This document shows positions 1 to 8,971 of a stretch of DNA of 48,185 bases, in pieces. A program made the position numbers and the translations under genes. Origin of the DNA: an uncultured Planctomycetales bacterium (lineage in GTDB: Bacteria > Omnitrophota > Gorgyraeia > Zapsychrales > Zapsychraceae); the NCBI GenBank assembly GCA_964541845.1, contig CAZIRV010000001.1, positions 1 to 48,185 of the forward strand, in the 5' to 3' direction. The notes under the pieces are model-generated. The model did not search any database, was not told the origin of the DNA, and saw only the letters and a program-made list of their open reading frames with translations. The first letter of the stretch is position 1. The number at the start of each line of letters is the position of its first letter.

Positions 1-227
1 TCACCTCATCAGACTGCAAATAAAACGCCCAGTCTCCTTTGCACTCCTGTAACGCGATAGCGGTAATAACTTCCATAAAAATGCAGCCACTTAAAACGCA
101 AAGCGTCCACGGATTCATCATCAACATATTGCCTCATTTTCTTTTTTAAACGCGTCAAATCCGCTTCATGAATCACCTCATCAGACTGCAAATAAAACGC
201 CCAGTCTCCTTTGCACTCCTGTAACGC
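1..227. repeat. Exact 55-bp direct repeat (1-55 = 173-227) at the window start
   Basis: The string tcacctcatcagactgcaaataaaacgcccagtctcctttgcactcctgtaacgc occurs at 1-55 and again at 173-227. Identity stops exactly after 55 nt (g at 56 versus c at 228). The offset of 172 nt is not a multiple of 3. Confidence 0.95.
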
Positions 228-467
228 CAGATTTGTCTGAAAAGACAGCACTTCCTTCCCCTGCGTCTTATCCCAAGTGTTTTGAATAATACGAATCTTA
301 CTGCTACGCAGCGATTGAATCAAGTTGAGCGTGTCGTCTTCAGAATCCCCGACATTAACAATGAATTCATCGCAAATAGGCAAAATGGACTGAATGGATT
401 CCAGGACAGGATAATTAAATTTTATCGCGTTACGCGCGATCATAAAACCGCTAATACTACATTTCAT
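9..467 (-). CDS. Glycosyltransferase family 2 (GT-A), 3' end unreliable or truncated
   Basis: 152-aa ORF with an ATG start. N-terminal GT-A pattern (FMIARNAIKFNYPVLESIQSILPICDEFIVNVGDSEDDT) and an acidic QSDEV motif. The last ~15 codons fall in the duplicated 55-mer and are read in a different frame from copy 2. Overlaps the upstream GT4 stop by 11 nt. Confidence 0.6.
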   Translation of the reverse strand: MKCSISGFMIARNAIKFNYPVLESIQSILPICDEFIVNVGDSEDDTLNLIQSLRSSKIRIIQNTWDKTQGKEVLSFQTNLALQECKGDWAFYLQSDEVIHEADLTRLKKKMRQYVDDESVDALRFKWLHFYGSYYRYRVTGVQRRLGVLFAV

Positions 468-1569
468 AAACTTCTTTATACACCTCCAGGGTCTCCTTCG
501 CCATTTTACGAAAACTAAAATCTACAGAACGAACAAAGCCCTTTTCTCTTAAACCTCTTCTGAATTTATCATCATGAAGAATTTTTTCTATGGCTTCCGC
601 AATATCTGAAGGTTTATACGGATCTGTAATAAGCGCCGCATTCTGGGCAATTTCAGGACAAGAAGAAACATTGGAGGTTACAACCGGCGCTCCACAACAG
701 AATGCCTCAATAATCGGAAAACCAAAACCTTCATAAAAAGACGGGAAAACAAAAACCTCTGCGTTATTATAAAAATAACGAAGTTCAACATCCGACAAAT
801 ACCCCAAAAATATAATATCATTTTTTAATTCCAGTTTACGCACCAGTGCCGCGATTCCTTCACTCATCCACCCCTTCATTCCAACAATAGCTAATTTTCC
901 ATCAAATTTTTTCCTGCTTTTTAAAATATTAAACGAATAAATCAAATTCTCCAAATTTTTCCGGGGCTCAATGGTTCCTACGGAAAGAACAAACTTTCCA
1001 TCAATTCCTTTAGAACGAATAACCTTTTTAGCTAAAAAATTCTCCTCCCACTCCATCGGATAAAACACCCCCTTATCGACCCCCTGATATACTAATGCCG
1101 CCTGATTCTTTTCAAGATCAAAATATTTATATAAATCGTCAATCGTATTTTGGGACACACAAATAATTTTTGAAGCGCTTTTTACAATATGACGGAATTG
1201 CCTCTCCGTAGACTCTATGGTCTTCTGCGTATGCCCCTGGGGAAATGTTTTAAAAATAAGATCATGCACTGTAACTATAATTTTGACCCCTTCAATATCA
1301 AGAGAATCCGGGCTTGGAGAATGATAAATATCTACATTGCCCAGAGTTTCCTGTAATCCTGAATTATAATAATCCACTTTAAGAAAAAAATTTTCAGCTT
1401 TTATAGAAGGCACTCTTTTATGAAGGCTGAAAATACTTTTTTTCGCGTAAAGGTAATATTCATTTTCATCGTCAATAGCACTAAGTGACCGAATAAGATT
1501 AAAAGCATACCTCCCGATACCTGTGTAGTTTTTATTTAAAAATGACCGACAATTAACGCCTATGCGCAC
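457..1569 (-). CDS. Glycosyltransferase family 4 (GT-B, group 1)
   Basis: 370 aa. GTG start preceded by GAGGA. C-terminal EX7E-type region FPSFYEGFGFPIIEAFCCGAPVV is typical of GT4 enzymes. Confidence 0.85.
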   Translation of the reverse strand: MRIGVNCRSFLNKNYTGIGRYAFNLIRSLSAIDDENEYYLYAKKSIFSLHKRVPSIKAENFFLKVDYYNSGLQETLGNVDIYHSPSPDSLDIEGVKIIVTVHDLIFKTFPQGHTQKTIESTERQFRHIVKSASKIICVSQNTIDDLYKYFDLEKNQAALVYQGVDKGVFYPMEWEENFLAKKVIRSKGIDGKFVLSVGTIEPRKNLENLIYSFNILKSRKKFDGKLAIVGMKGWMSEGIAALVRKLELKNDIIFLGYLSDVELRYFYNNAEVFVFPSFYEGFGFPIIEAFCCGAPVVTSNVSSCPEIAQNAALITDPYKPSDIAEAIEKILHDDKFRRGLREKGFVRSVDFSFRKMAKETLEVYKEVYEM

Positions 1570-1578
1570 AAAAAATCC

Positions 1579-2667
1579 TCATCTATATTGTTTTAAATTT
1601 CTGATTTTTTCCAATAATTCTTTTTGGGGACATTTATCCAGAGATAAAATAGCGTATTGATCGGTTAACCAGGAAAATCGCTTAACCTTTTTTGCCACAT
1701 TTTCTGAACATAAAACAACATTATATCTTTTCCGTACCGCGCGCCTTCGATTATTAATAAAGGATCCCCATATATTCCATGGAATCATCGAAGACGATAT
1801 TATTTTTTGAATACAATTAGTGTGCGTAATCAACGGTTCATCGAAAGTACGCGAAAAAAATATATTGTCCTGTTCTTTTAAAAGCGTATGTACAATTTCC
1901 AGGACGTTCTCTTTATGCAACATCAAATCTTCCGTATAAATCACCAGAACCCTTAAAGGGCGCCCCCACCGATTATAAAACAAAGCCTTGTTTCGATTAA
2001 AATTTTCATCATATTCAAATTTTTTTAAAAGTCCGGCAAAGGTAATATTTTTACAATGGTAGACAAACGCTCCCCGCGCACGGACACATTTATACCCTGC
2101 CTGAATCGCGCGCACGGAATAGTCCCAGTCATCATAATAACCTGCCCCGTAAACTTTATCCAATCCCCCAATATGCTGAACAACACTTTGTTTTATTAAA
2201 AAACAAAAACCCCGCATCCAGTCTGTTTCAATATAGAGGCCTTTCTCCGGGAAAATTTTTTCCTCAAAAAAGTCCTGATAGCTTTTTTTATATTTTTTAG
2301 AAACTTCCCACTCAGGATTAACTAAACCGATATTTTTCTCCTTCTCAGCAATACTGACCATCTCTTTCAGCCACCCGGGATAAACCACAATATCGTTATT
2401 CATCACACAATAATAGGGACTATCCCTATAAGCTAATCCTTGATTCACCCCTCCAATCCATCCCTGATTTTCCTTGTTAAAAATAACTTCAACAATATCC
2501 TGATTTTTTAAAAAATTCAGATAAGCAACTGTTTCTTGATTACTACAATTATCAACGATAAGAATCTGATGCGGGTATATTGTGTTTTTCCGGATACTTT
2601 CAATACACTGACGGGTGTATTCAAGTTGATTGTAAGAAATAATGATCAGGAGGGCTTTGTCATTCAT
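1579..2667 (-). CDS. Glycosyltransferase family 2 (rhamnosyltransferase-like)
   Basis: GT-A N-terminus ALLIIISYNQLEYTRQCIESI...VDNCSNQETVAYL. I chose the in-frame ATG at 2667 (MNDKALLIII). The track start at 2739 is a TTG lying inside a hairpin-rich spacer, and an ATG at 2700 is also possible. Confidence 0.8.
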   Translation of the reverse strand: MNDKALLIIISYNQLEYTRQCIESIRKNTIYPHQILIVDNCSNQETVAYLNFLKNQDIVEVIFNKENQGWIGGVNQGLAYRDSPYYCVMNNDIVVYPGWLKEMVSIAEKEKNIGLVNPEWEVSKKYKKSYQDFFEEKIFPEKGLYIETDWMRGFCFLIKQSVVQHIGGLDKVYGAGYYDDWDYSVRAIQAGYKCVRARGAFVYHCKNITFAGLLKKFEYDENFNRNKALFYNRWGRPLRVLVIYTEDLMLHKENVLEIVHTLLKEQDNIFFSRTFDEPLITHTNCIQKIISSSMIPWNIWGSFINNRRRAVRKRYNVVLCSENVAKKVKRFSWLTDQYAILSLDKCPQKELLEKIRNLKQYR

Positions 2668-2865
2668 TACTATTTTATAACTACTCAGATCTAGTGTCAT
2701 TCCGAGGAGGTATACAAAATTATCAAGCCGACGCAACAATCTTTTTTAATATAAGATTGTTCCGACGTCTCTTTGGAGTCGGCATCGCGACTGAAACGTC
2801 AGGACTTCGTCACCTTGATTTATTGTACGGCTCACTCGCAATGACACCCCTCCTGAGAAGTTACA

Positions 2866-4020
2866 CTATTTTTTTTGCAAAAACCTTTCAACCACTTCGG
2901 CTACATAATCCAGGTCTTCCAATTTAATATCCTGATGAATACCGATATGCGTGCCATTATTAGAGCAGTATTCGGCTTCGGGAAAATCTCCTGTTTTCTT
3001 TCCTAAAAACGCGTAACTTGGACACTGCGTTGGAATAGAATAAAAAAGATTGCGCGAATCAACACCCTGCTGTTCAATATAAGATACAAATTCATCCTTG
3101 GTAAACGGGGCATTTTTACGGACAATAATGGAGAACGCGTGCGGTCCGATTTTTTCATCAGAGCCTTCCTGAATAGTAATAAAATGCTCTTCAAAAAGTT
3201 TAAATTTCTCAATAAGATAAAGTAAATTTCTTCGGCGTCGCCCTAAAATATCCGCGTAAACAGCAATATTCCCAAGTCCAACGGCCGCTTCAATCTCATT
3301 CATCTTGGAAGAAAATCCTATTCGGCAAAACTCAAATTTATTCACGATTCCATGATTCCGTAAAGATCGCGCGGCGCCAGCCATCTGATCATTATCCGTT
3401 ATAATAATTCCCCCTTCAATGGTCGTAATAATGTGCGCGGCATACAAACTAAACGCGGACATATCTCCGATGGAGCCGATTTTTTGCCCTTTATATTCCG
3501 CTCCATGCGCCTCGGCCGCGTCCTCAATAATATGTAAATTATATTTTTTTGCAATAGCTTTAATTTTATCCATTGCTGCCGGTTTTCCCATCAAATGGAC
3601 AGGCATGATCGCGCGTGTTTTGGATGTAATCGCTTCTTCAATTTTATCCGGATTAATATTAAGCGTTTGGCGCTCTACATCCACAAAAACCGGCATAAAT
3701 CCTGCCTGAAGAACGGCATTTCCTGTTGCCACGAAAGTCAATGCCGGAATAATAATTTCATCCCCTCGCCGGGCACCAAAATCATACAACACCGCGCAGG
3801 CAATGGCATCGGCATCGGTTCCGCTGCTGACCGCGACGGCGTGTTTTACCCCAAAAATTGCCGCAAATTTTTCTTCAAACTCCTGAACATATTTTCCGCG
3901 CGTCACCCATTTCGATTCTAATGCCTGATCAATCAATTTACGCGCGTCATCCGTTATAGAAACCGTCCCAAAAGGAACCCTGAATTTTGATTTTTTAGAT
4001 AATGATGCTGTATTTTCCAC
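2866..4020 (-). CDS. DegT/DnrJ/EryC1/StrS-family PLP/PMP enzyme with His replacing the Schiff-base Lys; probable ColD-like sugar 3-dehydratase
   Basis: 384 aa. GTG start 1 nt after the upstream stop, preceded by AGGAAGGA. The family motif FSLYAAHIITTIEGG aligns with the aminotransferase motif FSFHxxKxITxxEGG, with His196 (codon 3433-3435) at the Lys position. The C-terminal NGTHIGIHQDI...DYVAEVV resembles the ColD-type end. Confidence 0.8.
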   Translation of the reverse strand: MENTASLSKKSKFRVPFGTVSITDDARKLIDQALESKWVTRGKYVQEFEEKFAAIFGVKHAVAVSSGTDADAIACAVLYDFGARRGDEIIIPALTFVATGNAVLQAGFMPVFVDVERQTLNINPDKIEEAITSKTRAIMPVHLMGKPAAMDKIKAIAKKYNLHIIEDAAEAHGAEYKGQKIGSIGDMSAFSLYAAHIITTIEGGIIITDNDQMAGAARSLRNHGIVNKFEFCRIGFSSKMNEIEAAVGLGNIAVYADILGRRRRNLLYLIEKFKLFEEHFITIQEGSDEKIGPHAFSIIVRKNAPFTKDEFVSYIEQQGVDSRNLFYSIPTQCPSYAFLGKKTGDFPEAEYCSNNGTHIGIHQDIKLEDLDYVAEVVERFLQKK

Positions 4021-4021
4021 T

Positions 4022-4714
4022 TTATATTTCCTTCCTGGCTTTTTTTAATCTTTCCGGTGTTCCAATGTCAAAAAAACTTTTTTCAACAAAAAATCCATAT
4101 ATATTTTCTTTAACCATTTTTGGAAAAAAATCATACTCTAAAGAAAACTTTTTTTCCTCAGGCATTAAAGAAAAAATATTTCTACTCAGACAATAAACTC
4201 CGGCATTAACATATGGGTAATTATTTCCTTCTTCTTTCTCATGAAATCCCGTAATTTTATTTGTTTCATCAAGAGCAACGCCGCCAAACTTTTTACTTTC
4301 ATCAACTCTCGATACTGATAAAGTGGCTAAAGTTTGTTTATCCTTATGAAAATTTAAAAAATTCTTAAAATCAACGGGACAAAAAGAATCTCCATTTAAA
4401 ACAAAAAATAGATCACTTTGGATAAATGTTTGAACATTTTTTAAAGCCCCTCCGGTTCCCAAAGGCTCTTGCTCTCTTGAAAATTCAATCGACAAACCAA
4501 AAAAATTTTTTCGATAGTATTCTTCAATAACACTTGCCTGATACCCCGTGCACAAAATAACGCGCTGAAACCCTTGCTGCTTTAAATATTCAATAACGAC
4601 ATCTAAAAAAGGCTTGCCCCCAACCTCTGCCATTACCTTTGGAGCCTCTCCGGTCACACTCCGCAAGCGCGTCCCCAACCCTCCGCAAAGAATAAACACA
4701 TCAATATTTTTCAT
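4022..4714 (-). CDS. Sugar-1-phosphate nucleotidyltransferase (HddC / COG1208-like)
   Basis: N-terminal ILCGGLGTRLRSVTGEAPKVMAEVGGKPFLD nucleotidyltransferase signature. ATG at 4714 was chosen; the track start at 4720 is GTG. Confidence 0.85.
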   Translation of the reverse strand: MKNIDVFILCGGLGTRLRSVTGEAPKVMAEVGGKPFLDVVIEYLKQQGFQRVILCTGYQASVIEEYYRKNFFGLSIEFSREQEPLGTGGALKNVQTFIQSDLFFVLNGDSFCPVDFKNFLNFHKDKQTLATLSVSRVDESKKFGGVALDETNKITGFHEKEEGNNYPYVNAGVYCLSRNIFSLMPEEKKFSLEYDFFPKMVKENIYGFFVEKSFFDIGTPERLKKARKEI

Positions 4715-4781
4715 AATCACAATACCAACCTCGATCCCACCTCACCCTCAATCCCACTTCCGAAGTGGGATTGATCAAAAA

Positions 4782-5771
4782 TCACCCACCATTCGGTTGA
4801 TAAAAAATAATCTGACTTCCCAAATTTTCAAATTTAAATGGGACTTGTAATAATTTCCTGAATTTTTCCTTAAATGTCTTTTGCTTAGAAGGAGAAACAA
4901 AAAATAAAATAAACCCTCCTCCACCAGCACCTAAAATCTTTCCACCAATAGCTCCTTCCCGTCTGGCTTTATCATATAAATTATCAATATGCGCGGTAGA
5001 AACTTTATCAGATAGTCCCCGCTTTAATTTCCAGCTTTCATGCAACAATTCTCCAAAATCTTTCAAATTTCCCCCATTAAGAATATCCGTGGCCTGTTGA
5101 ACCATTTCATACATGATTTTAAGATCTGTTATTTTTTTAGGAATATTCTTAATCTGATGTGCCGCGATTTTTGAAGCGGTACGTGAAAACCCTGTAAAAT
5201 ATAATAATAAATGGCTTTGCAATTTTTTAAGGCGTTCCTGAGGAAGGGTCACTTTCCTGACCTGAAGATGATCAGCCCCACCAAACTCAATACAATTAAA
5301 TCCCCCATAAGCCGCTAAAGTCTGATCCTGACATCCCACATTTTCATGGCACATTTCTTGCTCAATATAAATAGCTTCCCGGGCCAAATCTTCCTTGGTC
5401 AACATTTTCCCTTGCAAAGCATAAAGCGCGTTTAAAAGTCCCACGGTAAATGAGGAGCTTGACCCCAGCCCTGTTCTTGCCGGCAAGTCTCCGTCATGAT
5501 GAATTTCTATTCCCTGACGAATTTTTAAATGACGCAATACTTCCCGCACAGAAGGATGATCAATTTCATCTATTTTTTTGACATGTTCCATTTTGGAATA
5601 AATAATCCGTGATTTATGGTCAAAAAAAGGAGGCAAATAACGACAGGTAATATAACAATATTTATTAATCGTCGTGGCAAGCACAGCCCCTGGATGATTC
5701 TCAAACCAGGCCGGATAATCAGTGCTTCCACCAAAAAAAGACATACGAAACGGAGTTCTGCTAATAATCAT
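4782..5771 (-). CDS. GHMP-family sugar kinase (HddA / COG2605-like, D-glycero-D-manno-heptose 7-phosphate kinase type)
   Basis: N-terminus MIISRTPFRMSFFGGSTDYPAWF, GHMP motif PARTGLGSSSSFTVGLL, and C-terminal GGKILGAGGGGFILFF. Confidence 0.85.
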   Translation of the reverse strand: MIISRTPFRMSFFGGSTDYPAWFENHPGAVLATTINKYCYITCRYLPPFFDHKSRIIYSKMEHVKKIDEIDHPSVREVLRHLKIRQGIEIHHDGDLPARTGLGSSSSFTVGLLNALYALQGKMLTKEDLAREAIYIEQEMCHENVGCQDQTLAAYGGFNCIEFGGADHLQVRKVTLPQERLKKLQSHLLLYFTGFSRTASKIAAHQIKNIPKKITDLKIMYEMVQQATDILNGGNLKDFGELLHESWKLKRGLSDKVSTAHIDNLYDKARREGAIGGKILGAGGGGFILFFVSPSKQKTFKEKFRKLLQVPFKFENLGSQIIFYQPNGG

Positions 5772-5854
5772 AAGACGTATACTCCCTCCAGAAAATCATC
5801 TTCAACAGTAATTCTGATGATTTTCCGTAGTTTAGGAAAGCTCCTTGCTTTCCC

Positions 5855-7351
5855 TTACTCCAAAATTTTACGTTTCAATTTAATTTGTGTTGATTTCAAG
5901 GTTTCATCAACCGCTACCTGACCGAATTTTTCTTTTAATAACTTCAAAAATTCCGAATTTGTATGATACTTCATCCATGCCTTATCCCGAAAAGCCAACA
6001 CCTGTTCAGCCGTTAGATATTTTGTCGGCAACGGTAATGTTTCATATGAATGCTGTGAATATCCTTGATAAGTATCCGGTAACGGCCACCCTTTTTCTTT
6101 CGCAATCCCATAAAGAGGGCTGCCCGGATATGCCATGGCGGAATAAAAATTAGCCATTGAGGTATTTAAATCCAAAGCCAAGTCTAATGTTGCTTGCATT
6201 GATTCCAAATCATCTTCGGGAAGACCAAAAATATAATTAGCGGCTACATCGATATCATAATCATGAATTTTTTGGACGACCTCACGAATATTCACATCTT
6301 CAAATCGCCCCTTCGTGACATCCTTACGCACACGAGGATTAGCACTTTCTATTCCCAACGCGAGATAATTGACCCCCGCCTTCTTCAGAGTTTCCAAATA
6401 TTTTTCCTTAACCGTATCCACACGCGCGTAGCACCAAATATTAAAATCATAACCCCTCTCAATAATCAACGCGCATAATTTCATAAAATGATCGGCTCTT
6501 AAAACAAAAAGCTCATCAGCAATTTTAATGTTTTTAATCCCCATTTTCGCGAATCGATCAAATTCTTTAATAATGAATTCTGGTTCCCAATAACGAAATA
6601 CCGCACTACCATCAGCATACTCATTTTCCTGACGATTTATAATATTAATCATGCAAAATGTGCAGCGCATAGGACAACCCAGGCTCGTATAGAGCGACGC
6701 AAATGGTTTTCTAACAGAATTATTTGGAAGAGCGTGCCACAGTGCTGTTCGATACTTATCCATCGGCAGCTTATCCCAGGCCATTCCCGGAAGTTCAATC
6801 CCTAAATCTTGTTTGGCAACAATAGGGGAAGGTTTATTTAATAGTATTTCTCCATCCCGACGAAACCCCAGCCCATCAACCTTTTCGAGTTTATCTTCCA
6901 GATTAGTCCTCAAAAGATTTGATATCGTATAAACGCCTTCATTCTGACAAACCATATCCACAAAAGAATGCCGTTGCATCACTTCCCGTGACAAGGCTGC
7001 CACATGCCCCCCCACAAAAAGAATCTTTATGTTGGAGTCCGTATTCTTTAACTCTTCGGCCAGTGACACAGCCCCTGTCATACTCTGAGAACTTGCGCTG
7101 GGATGTTGTCCATAGACAACAATACACGCTACACGAGGATTTAATTCTGTTATCCTCGCGACCGTCTGTGTGTCATCCAAACGCAAGGCCTCGGCATCAA
7201 TGATCTCAGCTCCGAAACCATGTTTGAGACAATGACTAGCCAACATCCCCGCCCAAATAGGAGGTTCAATGGCCGTAAAATCATTGCTTAAATCCTGATA
7301 AACTTTACGAGAAGAATTTGGCTGGATAAAAAGGATATCTAATTTGGACAT
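5855..7351 (-). CDS. B12-binding-domain radical SAM protein (class B rSAM, methyltransferase-like)
   Basis: 498 aa. An N-terminal cobalamin-binding-like domain (ILFIQPN...) is followed by the CX3CX2C cluster LGCPMRCTFCMI. Confidence 0.85.
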   Translation of the reverse strand: MSKLDILFIQPNSSRKVYQDLSNDFTAIEPPIWAGMLASHCLKHGFGAEIIDAEALRLDDTQTVARITELNPRVACIVVYGQHPSASSQSMTGAVSLAEELKNTDSNIKILFVGGHVAALSREVMQRHSFVDMVCQNEGVYTISNLLRTNLEDKLEKVDGLGFRRDGEILLNKPSPIVAKQDLGIELPGMAWDKLPMDKYRTALWHALPNNSVRKPFASLYTSLGCPMRCTFCMINIINRQENEYADGSAVFRYWEPEFIIKEFDRFAKMGIKNIKIADELFVLRADHFMKLCALIIERGYDFNIWCYARVDTVKEKYLETLKKAGVNYLALGIESANPRVRKDVTKGRFEDVNIREVVQKIHDYDIDVAANYIFGLPEDDLESMQATLDLALDLNTSMANFYSAMAYPGSPLYGIAKEKGWPLPDTYQGYSQHSYETLPLPTKYLTAEQVLAFRDKAWMKYHTNSEFLKLLKEKFGQVAVDETLKSTQIKLKRKILE

Positions 7352-7414
7352 ATTATTGTTTAGCGGGCGGGCGCAAGACCCGCCTCGAATTATATCATTA
7401 TGTGAATTACAATT

Positions 7415-7458
7415 TTTGTAACCGTTCCCACGGGATATTCCGTGGGAACGGTTACAAA
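7415..7458. repeat. 19-bp-stem hairpin immediately after the epimerase stop; half-copy at 9630-9647
   Basis: tttgtaaccgttcccacgg (7415-7433) pairs with ccgtgggaacggttacaaa (7440-7458) across a 6-nt loop. The right arm recurs as ccgtgaacggttacaaat at 9630-9647, 3 nt after the UXS stop. Confidence 0.8.
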
Positions 7459-7462
7459 TTTT

Positions 7463-8395
7463 TTATATATTTGCGTACTGATTACGTTTAATAATTTGAT
7501 ACGCTTTAACAAGTTCCTGAATACCGACAGAAAGCGAAACCTGTTGTTTAAAACCCGTTTTCTCTATTTTTTCATTACTGACAATATAATCCCGTTTATC
7601 CGGGTCTTCTCCAATATTGGACTCAACAAAATAAAACTCCGGAACCAATTTTTTAATCTCTTCACAAAGTTCGGCTTTATTTAAATTCGCGTCACTTAAC
7701 CCCACATTATAAGGTTCATTCTTCATCGTATCAAAATTATTCAAAGCATGAATAAACGCGTTGGTTATATCTCTTACATGAATAAAATTTCGTTTAAAAT
7801 GTGCCTCAAAAAGAACAATAAAACGGTCATAAACAGCCCGATAAACAAAATCATTCACCAACAAATCCAGTCGCATACGGGGGCTCACACCAAAAGCTGT
7901 TGCTAATCGTAACGTAATCCCATTTCCGGAATTCAAAATAGCATTTTCGGCATTGACCTTGAGTTTTCCATAAAGCGATACCGGGCGTAACGGGGTTTCT
8001 TCGGTACAATGAATTCCTTTTTCACCAATCCCGTACCCGCTATTCGTTGTTGGATAAATCACCATTTGGTCTTTGCTTCGTAAATCTAAAATCATCCGTA
8101 CTGCCTCTAAAATAATTTCCTCAGCCGCCCTGGGTTCTTTAGCGCATAAAGGCGCGCCCGTTAAACACGCTAAAGGAAAAATAGCGTCCACTGTTTTCAT
8201 CAATCTTTCCATTAAAACCTTATCACGTGTGTCTCCCCGAATAATTGTTAAATCCGGATTAATACAACAATCCAGCAAAGATGTTTGATTAAACATAAAA
8301 TTATCAACAACTGTCACCTTATGCCCTTCTTTAAGCAACTGTGGAACCATAATCGAACCCAAATATCCCGCCCCACCTGTAATAAGAATATTCAT
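7463..8395 (-). CDS. NAD-dependent sugar epimerase/dehydratase (extended SDR)
   Basis: Rossmann motif MNILITGGAGYLGS and catalytic YxxxK (SLYGKLK). Confidence 0.85.
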   Translation of the reverse strand: MNILITGGAGYLGSIMVPQLLKEGHKVTVVDNFMFNQTSLLDCCINPDLTIIRGDTRDKVLMERLMKTVDAIFPLACLTGAPLCAKEPRAAEEIILEAVRMILDLRSKDQMVIYPTTNSGYGIGEKGIHCTEETPLRPVSLYGKLKVNAENAILNSGNGITLRLATAFGVSPRMRLDLLVNDFVYRAVYDRFIVLFEAHFKRNFIHVRDITNAFIHALNNFDTMKNEPYNVGLSDANLNKAELCEEIKKLVPEFYFVESNIGEDPDKRDYIVSNEKIEKTGFKQQVSLSVGIQELVKAYQIIKRNQYANI

Positions 8396-8412
8396 ATCAC
8401 CTACTCCTTTGA

Positions 8413-8949
8413 TTATTTGTCATTATAATAATTTCCATGCTCGATGATTAAGGTGGATTTATTGTCTTTACGCTCATAGGCATCCTTATAGGCAGGAAAA
8501 ACCTCTTCGGGTTCTTCCAATTCCACCACTTCAATCCAGCTAAACATTTTACGAAAACCTTCCGCGTAATTCCCAATATGCTGATATCCGGGATGGACAG
8601 GCTTATACGGCCCGGAAGCAACACGAATAATTACTTTTGGAAGCACCTGATTGTCACTCATAGCTGGAATTCTATCCAACATATTGACCATATCAGAAGT
8701 AGCTAATAATAAAAAATTCTGTCGGGGATAAACCGAAATAGGAATATATCCATCTAACGCCAATCCAATAGTAAACTGCATTTGAAAACTTTCGTTAATA
8801 GGCATTTCCAATGTTTTTTCCGGAGAGATATCTCTTAATGTTTGAAACATAAATGTCCCCGGTCCAGCCACTGTTTGTCCAACAAATAATGTTTTAGGTT
8901 GCTCCGCAATCCACTCCATCGTTCGTTTTAATTCATCAAAATACTTCAT
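8413..8949 (-). CDS. ThDP-enzyme E1 beta-like subunit (transketolase pyrimidine-binding domain only, truncated)
   Basis: 178 aa. The stretch TLFVGQTV..G..F....L.DISPEKTLEMPINESFQMQFTIGLALDGYIPISVY matches the N-terminal half of 2-oxoacid dehydrogenase E1 beta. The C-terminal domain is absent. Confidence 0.65.
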   Translation of the reverse strand: MKYFDELKRTMEWIAEQPKTLFVGQTVAGPGTFMFQTLRDISPEKTLEMPINESFQMQFTIGLALDGYIPISVYPRQNFLLLATSDMVNMLDRIPAMSDNQVLPKVIIRVASGPYKPVHPGYQHIGNYAEGFRKMFSWIEVVELEEPEEVFPAYKDAYERKDNKSTLIIEHGNYYNDK

Positions 8950-8971
8950 ATGAAAATTCCCCTTTTAAAGG

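Noticed and set aside
4022-5771. Calling the kinase/nucleotidyltransferase pair a complete GDP-D-glycero-D-manno-heptose pathway.
   Set aside because: GmhA (isomerase) and GmhB (phosphatase) are not in the window. The pair could activate another sugar, so only family-level calls were made.
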